The position numbers and the translations under genes are program-made. Positions 24,950 to 28,392 of a stretch of DNA of 28,392 bases are shown here, one piece after another; within the stretch, counting starts at the first letter, position 1; each line of letters begins with the position of its first letter. The notes beneath the pieces are model-generated. The model was not told the origin of the DNA and did not search any database. It saw only the letters and a list, made by a program, of their open reading frames with translations. Source of the DNA: a virus (lineage: Duplodnaviria; Caudoviricetes); the IMG/VR virus record IMGVR_UViG_3300027963_000263, positions 1-28,392 of that record; one strand, 5' to 3'.

Positions 24950-25320
24950 TACGTTATAGCCTCAAACGTAGCGACCATTTCAATTGCATTGGTTGTCCCA
25001 GAAGTAACAACTATTGATTGACTTTCACCTACATATAACCCAACACTTTTATCAACAACAATTAAAGAAGCATTTGCTGGAACAGGCGTTTGATAAGTAA
25101 GACGGTATGCAGTTCCACCACCAGCCGTTGCACTATTGATGGACACAGTAATTGAAGCAGCAGACCCCGTTACATTGGTTGCAACAATTGAATCTATTTT
25201 ATTTACCGTACTTGCAGCAGGAGTTAATGCAGTCCATGCGGTAGCAGTAGTTGTGGTAGGAATAAGATAAGATGTACTTCCATATATAGAAGTTACATTG
25301 ACGATATTGGGGTTTGCCAT
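24949..25320 (-). CDS. Small beta-sandwich tail fibre-associated protein
   Basis: MANPNIVNV..IYG, VPANASL.V.DK; AAGGA SD. Confidence 0.7.
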   Translation of the reverse strand: MANPNIVNVTSIYGSTSYLIPTTTTATAWTALTPAASTVNKIDSIVATNVTGSAASITVSINSATAGGGTAYRLTYQTPVPANASLIVVDKSVGLYVGESQSIVVTSGTTNAIEMVATFEAIT

Positions 25321-25329
25321 ATTGCTTCC

Positions 25330-28014
25330 TTAATAGCCAAAAATCATCGCCATTGCGATAGCTTTACCAGTTGTAATTCCACTTCCACCACCCGTAGACG
25401 CAATTGTAATTGCTCCACTTGTATTGGTAATTGTGATGTTTGAGCCTGCCGTCAACGTGGTGCGAGTAAACCCCGTTCCATTGCCAATGTCAATTTCTCC
25501 GTTAGCTGGAGTTGCAGTTAATCCTGTACCGCCATTGGCAATAGGAAGGGCAGTTCCTGAATACGAAATTGCCAAAGTTCCGCTAGTTGTAATTGGACTA
25601 CCGGCAATTGACAAAAATGATGGCACTGATGCTGCAACCGATGTAACAGTACCGCTTCCACCTCCACCACCAGCAACCCAAGATGCTGTTGTGCCATTAG
25701 AAGTAAGCACATAGCCATTAGCACCAATGCCTAATCGGGTGGCGCTGTTTGTGCCATTTCCAATAATTAAGTCGCCGGTAGTTGTAATTGGCGACAACGC
25801 ATTAAAGGCAGCAGACGCTGTGGTTTGCCCCGTACCACCATTAATAACAGCTACTGTACCAGTAACATTGGCAGCAGTGCCTGTAGTGTTTTGGTTAAAG
25901 GTAGGCCAAGTAAATGTGCCGGTGCTGAAGTTACCAGATTGTGGCGTACCCAAGATTGGCGTTACAAAACTTGGTGAAGTTGCCAACGCTACAACAGTGC
26001 CTGTGCCTGTGGTGCTGTATGAAGTGCCCCAAGCAGTTCCCGTTGAATTGGGGATTCCTGCACCGGGATAAACCATTGGCAACGAGTTGTTGACAGTAAT
26101 TGCCGCAGACCCGTTGTAGGTAGTGCCGGAACTAAACGATATGCCTGTGCCCGATGTCAACGCATTGGCAACAGAACCAGCAGAGCCTGTGGTGTTCTGA
26201 TTGAGCGTAGGAATGTCAGCAGCAACAATAGCCCTAAATGTCGGTACATCAGCAGTGCCATTCGGCGCAGCTAAAACGTAGTTGGCTGTCTTGGATGCAT
26301 ATGGATTTTGAGTGTCACCATAACTAGCAGCAAGGCTGATAGCAGGGGTTGCACCGCCGCTAGACACAACAGGAGATGTACCAGTTACAGAGGTAACAGT
26401 CCCAGCAGAAGCCGCAGTCCAAGACGCTGTTGTGCCATTAGATGTTAAAACATAACCATTAGTACCAATAGCCAAACGAGTTGCGCTGTTTGTACCATTG
26501 CCAATAATTAAATCGCCCGTACTAGTAATAGGCGACAAAGCATTAAATCCAGCGGTAGCAGTAGTTTGACCAGTGCCGCCTCTATTAATGGCAACGGCAA
26601 CACCATTCCATGTGGCTGAAGTTATAGAACCGGGGTAATCCAACGTATTGGTAGACCAAGACACATTAGAAGGTGCAAAGTTATGCACGTCCCATGATCC
26701 AGCAGCAATTGAATTGCTTAACAAGCTTACATCAACCAAACCGCCTGATTGAATGGTGGTAATGGTAGTGCCTGAATTATTTTTAACAACAATTGTGCCA
26801 CTGCTTTGATTGTTATTAAAGGTGTAGTTAACGCCATTTGCCAAAGTTGTTGCATCAGGCAATTGATATGTTTGCCCACCTGAACCAGTAACAACATAAT
26901 TGGGTACAGAAGCAACAGTCAGCGTTGTAGTTGTGCCAGCAGCAGCAACATTGGAATACCCTTCGATAATGGAATTAACGCTAATGTTTACACTAGCATC
27001 ACGCAAAACAACGCTGTTTGCTCCAGAAGATGCTGTAACTCCCGTGCCGCCATTAGCCACTGGCAAAGCAGTGCCTGAATAGGTTAATGCCAATGTTCCT
27101 GAAGTGGTAATAGGACTTCCTGCTACCGATAAAAAGCTAGGTACAGTTGCCGCCACGCTTGTGACAGAACCAGAACCTTTGCTGTTAAATGTTGTCCAAT
27201 CAGTAGAGGTCAAATACCCGTTTACAGATGCAGTAGCTGCCGCCATGCTGATAGCAGGGGTTGCTCCACCAGACGATACAACAGGGGCAGTGCCTGTAAC
27301 CGATGTCACAGTGCCTTGTGGATTAGCAGCAGTTGTAATGCTGGTTACGCGCCCGTAGGTATCAATGGTGACTACCGGAACAAGCGTTGCAGAGCCTGTG
27401 GTTCCAGGTGTCGCCACGCCGCTTGCCAAATCAATAACAGGTGTAGCGCCGCCCGTGCTAGTTACACGGCCCGTAGTGCCTGAAACAGAAGTGACAGTAC
27501 CTGACCCCTTGCTGTTAAAGGTAGTCCAGTCTGCTGCACTCAACGCGCCACGATTAGTAGCGGATGCTGTAGGCAAATTCAGCGTAATGACCGGGGCAAT
27601 TGTTGGGTTGGATACAGTAGAGGAAACATCAGTTCCCGCAGTTGTAAGCGTCAATGCAGCTACGCTGGTAACGGTTCCAGTACCGGCAGGGTTAGCAAAA
27701 ATGCCTGGGGTTGACCAAGTAAGAGTTGCCGTTGATTTGGAATTGACCAAAGCAATGGAAATCCATACCTTGCCTGTGGGGACTTGGGGTGGATTGTTAG
27801 TCCAGCCAGTTGGGGGTGTTCCAGTATTGGTTACAAAACTCCAAGAGCCGCCCGTAGGCGTAGCAGGAGTAGTAACCGAATCAAGAAAAATCAGGTATTC
27901 AAAATAGCTGCCGCCAAATACGGTGTTATTGCCGTACAGACCTACCGATTCTGAACCTGACTGAGGAGCAACTGTTCCGGTAGAGGTGCTGCCATAAAGA
28001 CCACTTGTAGCCAT
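25330..28014 (-). CDS. Long tail fibre (894 aa) with internal duplications
   Basis: T/S/G-rich; repeated GTVTSV, SSGGATP.I and ANGGTG units; C-terminal GKAIAMAMIFG. Confidence 0.85.
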   Translation of the reverse strand: MATSGLYGSTSTGTVAPQSGSESVGLYGNNTVFGGSYFEYLIFLDSVTTPATPTGGSWSFVTNTGTPPTGWTNNPPQVPTGKVWISIALVNSKSTATLTWSTPGIFANPAGTGTVTSVAALTLTTAGTDVSSTVSNPTIAPVITLNLPTASATNRGALSAADWTTFNSKGSGTVTSVSGTTGRVTSTGGATPVIDLASGVATPGTTGSATLVPVVTIDTYGRVTSITTAANPQGTVTSVTGTAPVVSSGGATPAISMAAATASVNGYLTSTDWTTFNSKGSGSVTSVAATVPSFLSVAGSPITTSGTLALTYSGTALPVANGGTGVTASSGANSVVLRDASVNISVNSIIEGYSNVAAAGTTTTLTVASVPNYVVTGSGGQTYQLPDATTLANGVNYTFNNNQSSGTIVVKNNSGTTITTIQSGGLVDVSLLSNSIAAGSWDVHNFAPSNVSWSTNTLDYPGSITSATWNGVAVAINRGGTGQTTATAGFNALSPITSTGDLIIGNGTNSATRLAIGTNGYVLTSNGTTASWTAASAGTVTSVTGTSPVVSSGGATPAISLAASYGDTQNPYASKTANYVLAAPNGTADVPTFRAIVAADIPTLNQNTTGSAGSVANALTSGTGISFSSGTTYNGSAAITVNNSLPMVYPGAGIPNSTGTAWGTSYSTTGTGTVVALATSPSFVTPILGTPQSGNFSTGTFTWPTFNQNTTGTAANVTGTVAVINGGTGQTTASAAFNALSPITTTGDLIIGNGTNSATRLGIGANGYVLTSNGTTASWVAGGGGGSGTVTSVAASVPSFLSIAGSPITTSGTLAISYSGTALPIANGGTGLTATPANGEIDIGNGTGFTRTTLTAGSNITITNTSGAITIASTGGGSGITTGKAIAMAMIFGY

Positions 28015-28022
28015 GTGCGCCC

Positions 28023-28392
28023 CTATTTAAACGAATAGCGATAACTGCGGGGTTGGAATTCTGAAGTAAGGTGCTGATCCCCACCCTTCCATTTTCCACG
28101 AAAGTTTTGGTCTTCAATCAAGCCGTAAGCAGTATCAAAACGGGAAATCCATTTTTGGGATTCATCAACATTTTTGTTTTTGTCGTAATACGCCCATAAC
28201 GTACCAAACAGATAGCCTTCAGGAAAAGAAGACAAAACCGCATTGTTTTGCACAATGGGGTTTAAAGCATCAGTAGTTGGGCTAAACAAAAACGGGAATG
28301 TCTGCTGATAGTAGGCTTTGATGATGACGTTTTCACCAGGATTAGGAGTAAACACATAGTTAGGCCCAACTTCAGAGAAAGATGCCCGAATT
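28023..28392 (-). CDS. Head-tail adaptor / tail tubular A-like protein, 5' truncated by the window edge
   Basis: Frame stays open to the window end (IRASFSEVGPNYVFTPNP...); F.P.P....I...YY and N..L...P..YL.G.L motifs; upstream of the tail genes. Confidence 0.65.
   Translation of the reverse strand, partial: IRASFSEVGPNYVFTPNPGENVIIKAYYQQTFPFLFSPTTDALNPIVQNNAVLSSFPEGYLFGTLWAYYDKNKNVDESQKWISRFDTAYGLIEDQNFRGKWKGGDQHLTSEFQPRSYRYSFK

Larger units (their letters stand above)
1..28392. mobile_element. Tailed bacteriophage genome segment (podovirus-like virion genes)
   Basis: Densely packed genes with ATGA/TGATG overlaps; replication, recombination, lysis, ejection-protein and tail-fibre modules; no host housekeeping genes; no tape-measure or sheath gene in the visible tail region. 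Confidence 0.95.

Noticed and set aside
14327-27907. Many + strand ORFs opposite the structural genes (e.g. 16576-17283, 24312-24806, 27365-27907)
   Set aside because: Antisense shadows of Gly/Thr/Ala-rich minus-strand genes with no independent coding evidence
1-28392. tRNA genes, integrase/att sites, introns or inteins
   Set aside because: No cloverleaf, recombinase motif or splice signature recognised by eye; the MTase insert lacks intein terminal residues. tRNAscan and HMM searches would be needed to exclude them fully

Overview
This window is a 28.4-kb segment of a tailed dsDNA phage genome. It is probably a podovirus-like phage of an aquatic proteobacterial host; this is inferred from gene content, and the host cannot be read from the sequence. 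From left to right: (1) a short + strand early region (1-1436) ending in a cysteine-rich GP88-like gene and a terminator; (2) a ~450-bp non-coding block with iterated repeats, a GATC cluster, an alternating purine-pyrimidine tract and a G-quadruplex motif; (3) a - strand replication/DNA-metabolism operon (YdaU/DUF1376-like initiator, SF4 helicase, C5-cytosine methyltransferase, VRR-NUC and DUF1364-like nucleases, ferritin/Dps-like protein); (4) a divergent + strand recombination/accessory operon (Sak-type annealing protein, SSB, MazG-like protein, many small ORFs); (5) a long - strand late region (head-tail adaptor, tail fibres, Gly-rich adhesin, tail nozzle, ejection proteins, holins, M15 endolysin, metallophosphoesterase and a very acidic small protein). 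Terminase, portal, capsid, integrase and repressor are not in the window. The most notable locus is the methyltransferase. It carries a fully nested +1-frame gene with its own strong Shine-Dalgarno site and about six target-recognition-like cassettes joined by repeated linkers, which suggests a two-polypeptide, multispecific, module-shuffling methylase. Other highlights are the non-coding repeat block, a loop-E-type structured RNA between SSB and MazG, a candidate DNA-mimic protein and a tail-fibre-tip recombination scar. All family assignments come from motif recognition by eye, not from database searches.
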